A stretch of 64,000 bases of DNA from Sandaracinobacter sp. Its GTDB lineage: Bacteria; Pseudomonadota; Alphaproteobacteria; Sphingomonadales; Sphingomonadaceae. Both the position numbers and the translations under genes were made by a program. The stretch covers positions 2,565 to 66,564 of the forward strand of contig NZ_JAYRCW010000002.1 in assembly GCF_041909755.1 (NCBI RefSeq). Reading direction: 5' to 3'. Positions 38,249-47,611 of the stretch are shown one piece after another (positions within the stretch are counted from its first letter, which is position 1; each line of letters opens with the position of its first letter). The notes under the pieces are model-generated. The model was not told where the DNA came from. It worked only from the letters and a program-made list of their open reading frames with translations, and searched no databases.

Positions 38249-40327
38249 TCAGCCGAAGGTGCGCTTCAGCGTCAGCGACATGGTGATATGCTCCTGCCGG
38301 GTCCGGAACGCGTGCAGGAAGGGCTCGGGGTTCGACCGATCGGGCGAGAAGAAGGTGCGCTCGCGGTAGAATTTCACGTCCAACAGGTTTTCCGCCCGCA
38401 GCGTCAGCGTGGTGCGCGGATCGGGCCGGAATTCCGCAAACGCTTCCACGAAGGGGTTCTGCCGGAAGTTCCGGTCCTCCTCGTTGCGGCGGAACTGGGT
38501 CGATCCGGGGTTGGAATAGCTGTCCACGCCCCAGGCGAAGCGGCCCAGATCCTGTCGGAACCCCGCATCCAGCAGCCACAGCGTATAGCCGCTGAAATGC
38601 CGGTCCTTCAGCGTGTAGGGATCCTGCACCTCGGTATCGACAAGCGAAAAGCGCATCGTCGCGCGGCCGCCGGGGATGCCCAGCCGTTCCAGCGGCACAT
38701 CCAGGTTCAGCCGCGCAATGCGCATGCGGCCCGAACCCAGGTTTCCGGGTGCGTCCAGCCCGCCTTCCACGGGCACGCGATCCTGAACCTGCTGCACGAA
38801 GTTCATGCCCAGTTCGCCCCGGATCACGCCCGATCCCAGGATGGGCCGTTCCGCCGTCAGCAGGAATTCCCAGGCGGTCTGCGGCACCAGATCGGCATTG
38901 CCGCCGTTCACCCGGTCGTTCGTCAGTTCGGCTAGGCTGATGAAATCACCGAAGTTCAGCTGGTTGACGGTCCGTTCCGCCTTCGCCTGCAGCTGCCAGC
39001 GCCCGGTCCGCCAATCGAGGCTCGCCTTGGGCTTCAGATAGGACAGCGTGCGTTCAGCCGTCGCGTCGCCGCTGACGGTCAGGCGGGATCGTTCGAAGGT
39101 CAGCCCGAAATCGACGCGCAGGCCGTTCGCCAGCTTCCGCCCCATGTTCACGAAGGGCTCAACCCGGATCTCGCGGACGACTGCATTGGCCAGCGGAAGG
39201 TCGATCGGCGTCTGCCCGCCGTCCGCCCCGATCTCATACAGGTCAACCTCGCTGTCGAGCCGGTTCATCACCGCCTCCCCGCCCAGCTCGACCGACCAGC
39301 CGCTGGTTGACGGCAACGACCAGACGAGCCGCGCCACGCTTTCCGCTTCCTTCAGGTGCTGCAGCTGGGAAATCCCGCCCAGGATCTGGCCGGACGCCTG
39401 GTTCAGCACCAGCTCCTCCCGGTCGCGATCGGTGCGGGTGGCCAGCAGGATCAGCTTGATGGCCCCGTCGCCCAGCGGGCGCGTCACGTCGCCGCCCAGC
39501 TCGAACTGGCGGCCACGATAGTCCTGCTCCAGCACATCGTCGCGCACCTGCCCGCCCACGGGCGTCACATGGTTGGTCTGCCACAGCTGGAAGCGGCCGA
39601 TGGCGAAGCGGCCGTTCAGATTGGCCTTCCGGTCTGTTCCGCCATCGTGCGACCATCCGAACGAGACATTCGCTTCCGGATCATGGGTGGCGTTGTGCTT
39701 GTCGCGCACCTCCACCAATTCCCCGCCGGGCAGCGTCGTCAGCACGTCGCGGCCGTAATCGGTGATCTCGTCATTGTTGTAGTCCAGCGCGACATTGAAG
39801 CTGGACCGGCCCCGCTTCAGCAGCGCCGATGCCTGCCCGTCCGCCCGGATCCTGCCTTCGAACGGCCGCCGCAGCCTCAGCTGGGCCGTGCCGGCGACGC
39901 CGGCATCCTCCGTCAGCACCAGGTTCAGCACCTGCGGGCGGCCCGCAAACTCCGCCCCGAAGCCATCGCCGGGCCCCACTTCCACCCGCAGCACCCGCGC
40001 TGCCGGGATCCTGCCCAGAATCGTCTCCAGGTCATCGCTCTTCGTGCTGGGGCGTTCCCCGTTGATCACCACATTGCCGGCCGCCTGCCCGAAGCCGCGC
40101 ACATCCTGGTCGATATCTTCCAGCTGAAATCCCGGCACCCGCTGCACCAGCTGCAGCGCCGTCGCGGGCGCGAAGGTCGTGAAGAAGGCGGCCTGATAAA
40201 CGGTGCGCGCGCCCACCCGTTCCTGGGCATGGCCAGCGGCGGGAAACAGGGCGCAGGCCAGCAGGGCCAACACCGGGCGGCCGACAAGGTTCGACATCTG
40301 AAGAAACATCCCCCCGAAATGGGTCAT
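38249..40327 (-). CDS. TonB-dependent outer-membrane receptor
   Basis: 692 aa at the maximal ORF. Alternative ATGs at 40309 and 40297 both keep the signal peptide ...LVGRPVLALLACALFPAAGHAQ. The plug segment reads VQRVPGFQLEDIDQDVRGFGQAAGNVVINGERP. Confidence 0.85.
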   Translation of the reverse strand: MTHFGGMFLQMSNLVGRPVLALLACALFPAAGHAQERVGARTVYQAAFFTTFAPATALQLVQRVPGFQLEDIDQDVRGFGQAAGNVVINGERPSTKSDDLETILGRIPAARVLRVEVGPGDGFGAEFAGRPQVLNLVLTEDAGVAGTAQLRLRRPFEGRIRADGQASALLKRGRSSFNVALDYNNDEITDYGRDVLTTLPGGELVEVRDKHNATHDPEANVSFGWSHDGGTDRKANLNGRFAIGRFQLWQTNHVTPVGGQVRDDVLEQDYRGRQFELGGDVTRPLGDGAIKLILLATRTDRDREELVLNQASGQILGGISQLQHLKEAESVARLVWSLPSTSGWSVELGGEAVMNRLDSEVDLYEIGADGGQTPIDLPLANAVVREIRVEPFVNMGRKLANGLRVDFGLTFERSRLTVSGDATAERTLSYLKPKASLDWRTGRWQLQAKAERTVNQLNFGDFISLAELTNDRVNGGNADLVPQTAWEFLLTAERPILGSGVIRGELGMNFVQQVQDRVPVEGGLDAPGNLGSGRMRIARLNLDVPLERLGIPGGRATMRFSLVDTEVQDPYTLKDRHFSGYTLWLLDAGFRQDLGRFAWGVDSYSNPGSTQFRRNEEDRNFRQNPFVEAFAEFRPDPRTTLTLRAENLLDVKFYRERTFFSPDRSNPEPFLHAFRTRQEHITMSLTLKRTFG

Positions 40328-40539
40328 TCTGGTTGTGGCGGCCGTTCAACCTGCATTCGCGGGCAGGGGCAACGGCTGTTCGATGAACGCCGTTCGTCGG
40401 AAACAGATGGGGACTGCGACGTTTGTCGCACTGAAATCGGGCCGCAATGAAACGGTCTGAATAGTGTCTTCCAACAGCCTCCGTGCCGAAACAGTCGGGC
40501 GCTAGCGGCCCATCACTCACTCGAAAAGGGGCTCGCAAG

Positions 40540-43140
40540 ATGGCTGTACTGTTCCCGCGTTTCAGGCTCACCGCGTCCGTCGCCGCACTTGGCGTCGCCA
40601 TGATTTCCGTTCCGGCAGCCGCCCAGACGGCGCCCGCCGCGGATGAATCCGATGGCGAAACCATCACCGTCTATGCGCCGATCCGCGATGCCCAGGCGCT
40701 CGCCGTGGAAGAGCAGCGCAACGCCGACAACCTTGTCGCCATCGTGGCGGCGGACTCGATCGGCCGCTTCCCCGACCAGAACTCGGCCGCCGCGCTCGCC
40801 CGGCTTCCGGCGGTCGCCGTGCAGCGCGATCAGGGGCAGGAACGCTATATCCAGGTGCGCGGCGCCCCCAATCGCTGGACCAGCGTCAGCTTCGACGGCG
40901 TGCCGGTGATCGGCGTGGACGAAGGCGGCGCGACGCGCGCCTTCCGCTTCGATGCCGTGCCGTCGGTGATCCTGTCGTCGATTGCGGTCAACAAATCGCT
41001 CACGCCCGACATTCCGGCCGAAGCGATCGTGGCCCAGATCGACATGCGCACCTTTTCCGCCTTCGATGCCAAGGGGTTCGCGCTGTCGGGCGACCTTGGC
41101 TATGGCTGGATGGAGCTGGGCGGCGGCGAGCAGCGGCAGGGCTCGCTCAGGGCTTCCTGGTCGAACGACACCTGGGGTGTGATGCTCGCCGGTTCCCATT
41201 ATCGCCGCGACCAGATCACCGACAACCGCGAGTTCGCCTATGACGCGAACGATGTCGTCAGCACCATGGACTTCCGCAACTATCTGCTGACACGGGAAAA
41301 CAACGGCGCCTCCGCCGGCGTGGAATTCCGCCCGGCCGACGGGCAGACGCTGTTCCTGAAGGGCGTCTGGTCGGAATTCCGCGACCATGAGCTTCGCAAC
41401 CAATATGTGTTCAACCTGGCAGGCGCACAGGCGGGCGGCGTGCGCGGAAATGATGCCGGCGACCTGGTGGCGGTGCCGGTGCGCGGCTCCCTCAGCGACG
41501 GCCGCTATTACAACAGCAACCTGATCCTGACAGGCGGCGGCGGCCATGAACTTCCGGACGACTGGAAGCTGGACTGGCGCGCCAACTACACCCGCATCCT
41601 CAACACGACCGACCTGCCGCTGATCCTGCAGAACCAGCAGTTCAACCGCACCTTCCGCCCCTCGCTCACCTACACGCGCGACGATGTGGACCTCCCGATC
41701 GTGCAGCTGTTCACCACCGTTCCCGGCGCGACCGCCGGCACCTATGCGCGCGGATCCGGCACGCGGGCGCTGAACCAGGGCGCCTTCGATCTGAACGTCG
41801 CCCTGCCGCTGGAATCCCGCATCGAAGCCGACAGCTGGACGGCAAAGGCCGACCTCGACGGCCGCTTCGGCGACATGCCGGTGCGCTTCGGCCTCCAGTA
41901 TGACAAGCGCGACATCAGCGGGAATGTGCTGGCCACGTCCACGCAAGTGGTGGTGCCGGGGCTCCCGGCCGCCAGCTATGTCACCACGCGGCCCTGGCGC
42001 ACGAATTTTCCCAGCGGCATGCAGTTCTTCTATGTCGACAACGCGCGCCTGCGCGGCGACCTCGAATCCGCACTGGCGCAACTGGAAGCGGCAGGCCGCT
42101 ACAATCCGGACAACAATATCCGCCCGATCGATCGCTACGAGATCGACGAGAAGCTGTTCGCCGCCTATGCGCGGGCCACCTGGGAACTGGCCTCAGGCCA
42201 GATCGTCTTCGGCGCCCGGCTCGAAAATTTCCGCCAGACGTCGAGCGGGGTGGTGCAGGTGGGCGCGGTCTATGAGCCGCTCGATGTCTCGTCCGACCGG
42301 TGGGATCTGTTCCCCAGCGTCAACGCGAAGTTCGACCTCAGCGACGACATCGTCGCCCGCGCGTCGGTCCAGCGCGGGGTCGCCCGCCCCTCGTTCGGGC
42401 AGATCCGCGTGGGCGCCGCCATCAGCGACACCAGCATCCCGGGCACGGTGACAGGGGGCAACCCCTATCTGAAGCCGGAATACACCTGGGGGGCGGACGC
42501 CAGCCTCGAATATTATCTGCCCGGCGACGGGCTCGTCTCCGTCTCGGGTTTCTATCGCCGGGTGGAAAATGTCCTCTACGACAGCCGCGTGAAGGTCGGG
42601 GACGACCGCTACGACATCGATGGCATCGACCGGTCCGGCTATGATTTCATCTCCACCCTGAACGGCGACAAGGGCAAGCTCTATGGCGTGGAGCTGGCCT
42701 ATCTCCAGCAGTGGACCTTCCTGCCCGGCCCGCTCGACGGCTTCGGCTTCCAGGGCAACATCGCCTTCATCGGCGGCAGCTTCGACACACCTGACCGCCA
42801 GGGCGCAGCCTTCCCCGGCACATCGGACACAGTCGTCAACGCCTCGCTGTTCTACGAGAAATTCGGCGTCTCGACCCGGCTGTCCTACCAGTGGCGGTCG
42901 GATTGGGTGGATACGCTGGGCGGCCTCGGAGTCGGCTCGGCGGGCGACGAGAAGCGGGCCGGCTATGGCAACCTCGACCTCGCGGTACGCGTGCAGGTCA
43001 GCGAGAACATCGGCCTGTTCTTCGACGCCAACAACCTGACCGACGAAATCTATGTCGCCTACCAGGGCGAGCGGGTGCGCCCGACCGAGGTCGAGCAGAT
43101 CGGCCGCCGCTTCATGGGCGGCGTGCGCTTCAACTTCTGA
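40540..43140 (+). CDS. TonB-dependent outer-membrane receptor
   Basis: ATG 40540 gives MAVLFPRFRLTASVAALGVAMISVPAAAQ. It has ITVYAPIRDAQ, LARLPAVAVQRDQGQERYIQVRG and the C-terminus GGVRFNF. Confidence 0.9.
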   Translation: MAVLFPRFRLTASVAALGVAMISVPAAAQTAPAADESDGETITVYAPIRDAQALAVEEQRNADNLVAIVAADSIGRFPDQNSAAALARLPAVAVQRDQGQERYIQVRGAPNRWTSVSFDGVPVIGVDEGGATRAFRFDAVPSVILSSIAVNKSLTPDIPAEAIVAQIDMRTFSAFDAKGFALSGDLGYGWMELGGGEQRQGSLRASWSNDTWGVMLAGSHYRRDQITDNREFAYDANDVVSTMDFRNYLLTRENNGASAGVEFRPADGQTLFLKGVWSEFRDHELRNQYVFNLAGAQAGGVRGNDAGDLVAVPVRGSLSDGRYYNSNLILTGGGGHELPDDWKLDWRANYTRILNTTDLPLILQNQQFNRTFRPSLTYTRDDVDLPIVQLFTTVPGATAGTYARGSGTRALNQGAFDLNVALPLESRIEADSWTAKADLDGRFGDMPVRFGLQYDKRDISGNVLATSTQVVVPGLPAASYVTTRPWRTNFPSGMQFFYVDNARLRGDLESALAQLEAAGRYNPDNNIRPIDRYEIDEKLFAAYARATWELASGQIVFGARLENFRQTSSGVVQVGAVYEPLDVSSDRWDLFPSVNAKFDLSDDIVARASVQRGVARPSFGQIRVGAAISDTSIPGTVTGGNPYLKPEYTWGADASLEYYLPGDGLVSVSGFYRRVENVLYDSRVKVGDDRYDIDGIDRSGYDFISTLNGDKGKLYGVELAYLQQWTFLPGPLDGFGFQGNIAFIGGSFDTPDRQGAAFPGTSDTVVNASLFYEKFGVSTRLSYQWRSDWVDTLGGLGVGSAGDEKRAGYGNLDLAVRVQVSENIGLFFDANNLTDEIYVAYQGERVRPTEVEQIGRRFMGGVRFNF

Positions 43141-43154
43141 ACGGAGGGACGGAC

Positions 43155-44219
43155 ATGCGACATCATTTCCTGATTCCGGCCCTGCTGGCGCTTCCGCTGG
43201 CGATCGCCGCGCCGCTCGACGCCCGAAGCGAGGCGCAAGCGCCCGTCGCGCTGGCAAGCCGCGAGGGCAATATGGTCTCCCTGCGCTGGACGGGGCTGAA
43301 AGGCCCGGTGACCGTGTGGCAGATCCCGGCGGCCGACGCGCCGCCGGGGCGCGGACAGAAGCTGGCGGTCGCGGCCGGCGATTCCGCCACCCTCCCGGTC
43401 GCGCCCTGGCCCCGCGCCTATTTCCTGCTGAAGGACGCACGCGGACAAACGGTGCGAACCGCTGAGCGGCTGCTGCCGCTGGATGGCGGCAGCAACTTCC
43501 GCGATCTCGGCGGCTATCGCACGCTCGATGGCCGGGAAACCGCCTGGGGCAGCCTCTATCGGTCTGCCGTGATGTCGGGCCTGACGCCAGATGATTTCCA
43601 GCGGCTGGGCAAGCTCGGCATCCAGACGATCTGCGACTTCCGCGCCACCAACGAGCGGGCCCGCGACGCCGTGAACTGGCCCGAAGGCGTTCAGCCCACG
43701 GTGCTGGCCACCGATTACGGGCTGGATACCGGCGCGCTGGAAGCAATGTTCCGGGGCGGCCCCGTCACTGTCGAGGCAACGCGCAAGGCGATGGCCGGCT
43801 TCTATGCCCAGATGCCCTTCACCTTCGCGGATCAATATGCCCGCATGATGCGCGAACTGGTGGACGGGCGCAGCCCCCTCGCCTTCAACTGCTCCGCCGG
43901 CAAGGATCGCACCGGCCTCGCGGCCGCGCTGCTGCTGACAACGCTGGGCGTGCCCTTCGAAACGGCGATGGCGGACTATCTGCTGTCCAACCAGACCTAC
44001 CGGCCCAAGCCGCCGTCCGCCGACGATCCGACGGCGCGCATGTTCGCCAGCCTCCCGCCGGATGTGACCCAGGCGCTGATGGGCGTGGATCGCAGCTATC
44101 TCGAAGCCAGCTTCGCCGCCATCGAGGCGAAGGGCGGAATCAAGCGCTATCTGGCGGAGGACCTGAAGCTGACGGACGCCGACATCGCGCGCCTCAAACA
44201 ACTGTACCTCGTGGATTGA
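43155..44219 (+). CDS. secreted protein-tyrosine/dual-specificity phosphatase-fold enzyme (Y_phosphatase3-like)
   Basis: ATG 43155 lies 14 nt after the receptor stop. It has a signal peptide (MRHHFLIPALLALPLAIAAPLDA), NFRDLGG and the C-x5-R active site FNCSAGKDRTG. Confidence 0.8.
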   Translation: MRHHFLIPALLALPLAIAAPLDARSEAQAPVALASREGNMVSLRWTGLKGPVTVWQIPAADAPPGRGQKLAVAAGDSATLPVAPWPRAYFLLKDARGQTVRTAERLLPLDGGSNFRDLGGYRTLDGRETAWGSLYRSAVMSGLTPDDFQRLGKLGIQTICDFRATNERARDAVNWPEGVQPTVLATDYGLDTGALEAMFRGGPVTVEATRKAMAGFYAQMPFTFADQYARMMRELVDGRSPLAFNCSAGKDRTGLAAALLLTTLGVPFETAMADYLLSNQTYRPKPPSADDPTARMFASLPPDVTQALMGVDRSYLEASFAAIEAKGGIKRYLAEDLKLTDADIARLKQLYLVD

Positions 44220-44229
44220 CGGCGGCCGC

Positions 44230-45135
44230 TCAGGCCGCGGAGACCTGCTCCCCGGCCTGACGCGGAATCACGTCCACCGCGACGTCCATCGACTGGTCCG
44301 CGCCGCCGTGGAACACCCCGTCCAGCGGGGCGACATCGGCATAGTCGCGGCCCATGGCGACGAAGATGTGGCTGGCATCCGCCAGGCAGTCGTTGGTGGG
44401 ATCGAAGCCGATCCAGCCCAGCTGCTCCCCGCACCACAGCGCCACCCAGGCGTGCATGGCATCCGCCCCCACCAGCCGCGGCTTGCCCGGTGGCGGCAAG
44501 GTGCGCAGATAGCCGCTGACATAGGCGGCCGGGATGCCATGCGCGCGGGCCGCAACGATCATCACATGGGCGAAATCCTGGCAGACGCCCCGCCGCTTGG
44601 CGAAGGCTTCTTCGGGCGGCGTATCCGTCCGGGTCGCCTTCGCGTCATAGCGGAAGCCGGCGTGGATCGCGGCCATCAGCGCGCGGCCGGCCGCAACCAC
44701 CCCGGCCTCATCCCCCAGCATCGGCCGGGCCCAGTCCGCGATGACGGCCGACGGCCGGGCGACGGACGAGGCATAGAGATAGGCAGACGGCGCCAGCGCA
44801 TCCAGCCCGCCGTGGGTCAGCGCCTCCGCGCGGATCTGCCCGACGCTGGGCGCCGGAACCGTCTGCAACAGGAAGCCGGGCTCGGCCACCTCCACGGTGA
44901 AGCGGCTCTCCACCATCAGCCGCTGGATCGGTTCGCCAATCGCCAGCCTGTCGCGGGTCACATGCCAGGGGCCGAACGCCTGCTGCACGGAGGCCGGGGC
45001 CGGATCGATCAGCAGCTCATGGCCGTGCAGGGTCTGCCCCGGCCAGGGTGCGGGCCGCAGGCGCAGGTTGAACCGGGCCAGCCGGACAGGCCCGGTATAA
45101 CGCACGATCGTCCTGTGGCTGACATCATAGATCAT
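44230..45135 (-). CDS. transglutaminase-fold (papain-like Cys-His-Asp) protein
   Basis: 301 aa. N-terminal domain MIYDVSHRTIVRYTGPV...RLRP, then core RGVCQDFAH, MHAWVALW and GFDPTND. Confidence 0.85.
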   Translation of the reverse strand: MIYDVSHRTIVRYTGPVRLARFNLRLRPAPWPGQTLHGHELLIDPAPASVQQAFGPWHVTRDRLAIGEPIQRLMVESRFTVEVAEPGFLLQTVPAPSVGQIRAEALTHGGLDALAPSAYLYASSVARPSAVIADWARPMLGDEAGVVAAGRALMAAIHAGFRYDAKATRTDTPPEEAFAKRRGVCQDFAHVMIVAARAHGIPAAYVSGYLRTLPPPGKPRLVGADAMHAWVALWCGEQLGWIGFDPTNDCLADASHIFVAMGRDYADVAPLDGVFHGGADQSMDVAVDVIPRQAGEQVSAA

Positions 45136-47594
45136 GCAAGAAACTGGCCGCCGCCCTTCCCGTCCGCGCGCTCGATAGGCAGGAAATAGCGCAGCGAAAC
45201 CGCTTCGGACAACGCCCTCAGCCGCTCGTCCGTTTCAGACAGAAGCGCTTCGCCCACATCCCCTGCTGTCAGCCCGGCAAAGGCGGCCCGCGCCGCGCGC
45301 GACGCCCTGAGCGGGGCTTCGGGAAGGCCATCGTCGGCGAGCGGCGGCAATGCCTCGATATGGGCGTTCAACCGGTTCAGCTGGAACATCAGCGACCGGG
45401 GATTGTCCGGATCCAGCAGCAGCAGATCGAACACGGCGTTGCGCGACGGCCGCGCCAGATAGCGGGAGCGATAGGTGATCTGGCTGTCGCACAGGTCCAG
45501 CATCACCGACAGGGCATCGCTTTCGCCCGGCGCGCGCTGCATCTGCTGCACCATCCGGCAGATCGCCAGCGCCCGTTCCAGCCGTCGGCCGATCTCCAGG
45601 AACCGCCAGGCGGGGCTTCGCACCATGTCCTCCGCGATCAGCCCGGCCAGCGCGCTGAACTGTTCGATCAGGTCCCGCACCAGCCGCTGCTGCTCGCTGC
45701 GGTCGGCCGGCACATCGGGCAGCGGCCGGCTTGCCAGCCGCCAGAAATCCGATGCGAAGCGGTCGCGCAGCGCCAGCCCCGTATCCCTCAGCGCCGCCAG
45801 CAACGAGCCCACGGAACCCGGCCGCCCCGATCCGTTTAGCGCCACCCGGCAGATCTCCGGCACCGCACGATCCGGCATTTCCGTCGGCAGGGCATCCCAG
45901 AGGAACAGCAGCTCCGCCAGCAGCTCCCGCACGCCGGTGTCGCGCACGGCCACCGAATCCAGGTCGATGGAACTGCCCAGCATCGACCGCAGCACCCGGA
46001 CAGTCGCCTCCGCCCGTTCCAGATAGCGGCCGAACCAGAACAGATTGTCCGCCGCCTGGCTGGCAAGGATGCCACCCCCGCGCCGGATCGGCGGGTCGGC
46101 GTGAAACAGCGTCGGCAGCTGCACGCGCCCGGCTTCCTCGTCGACGATGCACACGTCGGCAGACAGATCGCCTTCGCCCATCAGCGAGGACCGCAGCCCG
46201 CCATCCGACGCGATGCGGGCAAAGCCGCCCGGCATCACCATCCACTGCCCGTCCCCGCCCCGCGCCACGAAGGCGCGCAAGGTGAAGGGCCGGGGCTCGA
46301 ACCCCTCGCCCGACAGTACGGGGGTGGTGGACAGGTTCACGATCTCCTGGCCGCAGAAGTCCATCGGGCGGCGGGCCATCGCATCCAGCAGCCGGGTCCG
46401 TGCCGCACCGGACAGGTCGGCGCCCGCAACCGCGTGCGCGCCTTCCAGCCCTTCGACCTCGTCGGAAAAGGCCGGCGAGATCAGCAGGTCGTCCAGCCTG
46501 TCGCGCACAAGGGCGGCTTCGTGCGGCTGCCCGCACCACCAGGTCGCCACATTCGGCAGGATCGGCGCCTGTCCGGTCAGCCGCTGGCAGAGCGCGGGCA
46601 GGAACGCCGCGAACGCGGGCGATTCCAGCAGCTCCACGCCCGGCCAGTTCGCCATCGCCAGCCGGCCGTGCGCCCAGGCATCGAACAGATCGGGCACACC
46701 CAGCCGGGATCGGGAATCGAACCGCAGCGGATCCAGCGCATTGGTGTCGATCCAGCGCCAGATGGCATCGATCCGCTTCGGCCCGGCGATCGTCCGCACG
46801 TAAAGGCGGCTGTCCATCACCGTCAGGTCGCGCCCCTCCACCAGCGGAATGCCCAGATAGCGCGCCAGATGCGCCTGTTCGGGATAGCTCTGGTTGAAAC
46901 GCCCCGGCGTCAGCAGCGCGATCCGGGGGGAGGCCCGCTCGCTCCCCCGGGCGATCCCTTCCCGCAGTCCCGCGAAGAAGCCCGCCAGCCGCCGCACATG
47001 GATGCCCGACAGCAGCGAACCCGTTCCGCGCGAAAGCGCAAGCCGGTTTTCCAGCGCATAGCCGATGCCGTTCGCCAGGCGCAGCCTGTCGGCCAGCACC
47101 CGCCACTGCCCGCGCGGGCCGCGCGCAAGGTCCACGGCATAGACATGCAGATAATGATCCCCGCCGGGCTTCAGCCCCACCATGTCGCGCGCGAACCATC
47201 GGCTGCCCGTCACCACCGCCGCCGGCAGATGGCCTTCCGCCACCAGCCGCTGCGCGCCATAGATGTCCGCGATCACCTGTTCCAGCACCTCGGCCCGCTG
47301 GATCAGGCCGCGTTCCACCGTTTCCCATTCCGCCGCGCCGATGATCAGCGGCATCGGGGTCAACGGCCAGCTGCGCTCCTCCATGTCGCCCGCGATGCGA
47401 AAGCTGAAACCCATCTCCTGCACCTGCCGCGCCAGCAGCTCATGCGGAGTCAGGCCTGCGCCGACCGCAAGATCGAACAGCGCGCCGGCGACATTCGACC
47501 ATTTCTCCGCCACCGAATGCGGGGCGTGGCGAAACAGATCGCCGGCGTCGACATCCACCGGATAGTGCCGCAACCGGCTGTCCACCGGCGGCAT
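45132..47594 (-). CDS. fusion of circularly permuted type-2 ATP-grasp domain and alpha-E domain
   Basis: 820 aa. The N-terminal half has the CP ATP-grasp pattern (...PLTPMPLII...AEWETVERGLIQRAEVLE...YAVDLARGPRGQWRVLADR...). The C-terminal half has the alpha-E signature NLFWFGRYLERAEATVRVLR. ATGA overlap with the downstream transglutaminase gene. Confidence 0.8.
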   Translation of the reverse strand: MPPVDSRLRHYPVDVDAGDLFRHAPHSVAEKWSNVAGALFDLAVGAGLTPHELLARQVQEMGFSFRIAGDMEERSWPLTPMPLIIGAAEWETVERGLIQRAEVLEQVIADIYGAQRLVAEGHLPAAVVTGSRWFARDMVGLKPGGDHYLHVYAVDLARGPRGQWRVLADRLRLANGIGYALENRLALSRGTGSLLSGIHVRRLAGFFAGLREGIARGSERASPRIALLTPGRFNQSYPEQAHLARYLGIPLVEGRDLTVMDSRLYVRTIAGPKRIDAIWRWIDTNALDPLRFDSRSRLGVPDLFDAWAHGRLAMANWPGVELLESPAFAAFLPALCQRLTGQAPILPNVATWWCGQPHEAALVRDRLDDLLISPAFSDEVEGLEGAHAVAGADLSGAARTRLLDAMARRPMDFCGQEIVNLSTTPVLSGEGFEPRPFTLRAFVARGGDGQWMVMPGGFARIASDGGLRSSLMGEGDLSADVCIVDEEAGRVQLPTLFHADPPIRRGGGILASQAADNLFWFGRYLERAEATVRVLRSMLGSSIDLDSVAVRDTGVRELLAELLFLWDALPTEMPDRAVPEICRVALNGSGRPGSVGSLLAALRDTGLALRDRFASDFWRLASRPLPDVPADRSEQQRLVRDLIEQFSALAGLIAEDMVRSPAWRFLEIGRRLERALAICRMVQQMQRAPGESDALSVMLDLCDSQITYRSRYLARPSRNAVFDLLLLDPDNPRSLMFQLNRLNAHIEALPPLADDGLPEAPLRASRAARAAFAGLTAGDVGEALLSETDERLRALSEAVSLRYFLPIERADGKGGGQFLA

Positions 47595-47611
47595 GGATAC
47601 AATGGCCGCGG

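Noticed and set aside
40328-40539. Cobalamin or TPP riboswitch upstream of the TonB receptors (also considered for 61859..61932)
   Set aside because: I could not find a B12-box-like GCCACTG core or the CTGAGA/ACCTGA TPP elements. The leader at 61859..61932 is too short.
40513-42081. 522-aa minus-strand ORF opposite the 40540 TonB receptor, and likewise 61897..63654 opposite the last receptor
   Set aside because: These are the same GC3-driven antisense open frames, with no motifs and no plausible start context.
44220-44229. GCGGCCGC palindrome between the phosphatase and transglutaminase stops as a bidirectional terminator
   Set aside because: It is 8 bp with no loop and no flanking T/A runs, so it is too small to call a terminator.
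45235-47328. 697-aa alternative-frame ORF on the same strand as the ATP-grasp/alpha-E gene
   Set aside because: It is an extremely Arg/Gly/Ala/Pro-rich frame-shifted reading of a gene whose main frame carries clear ATP-grasp and alpha-E signatures.
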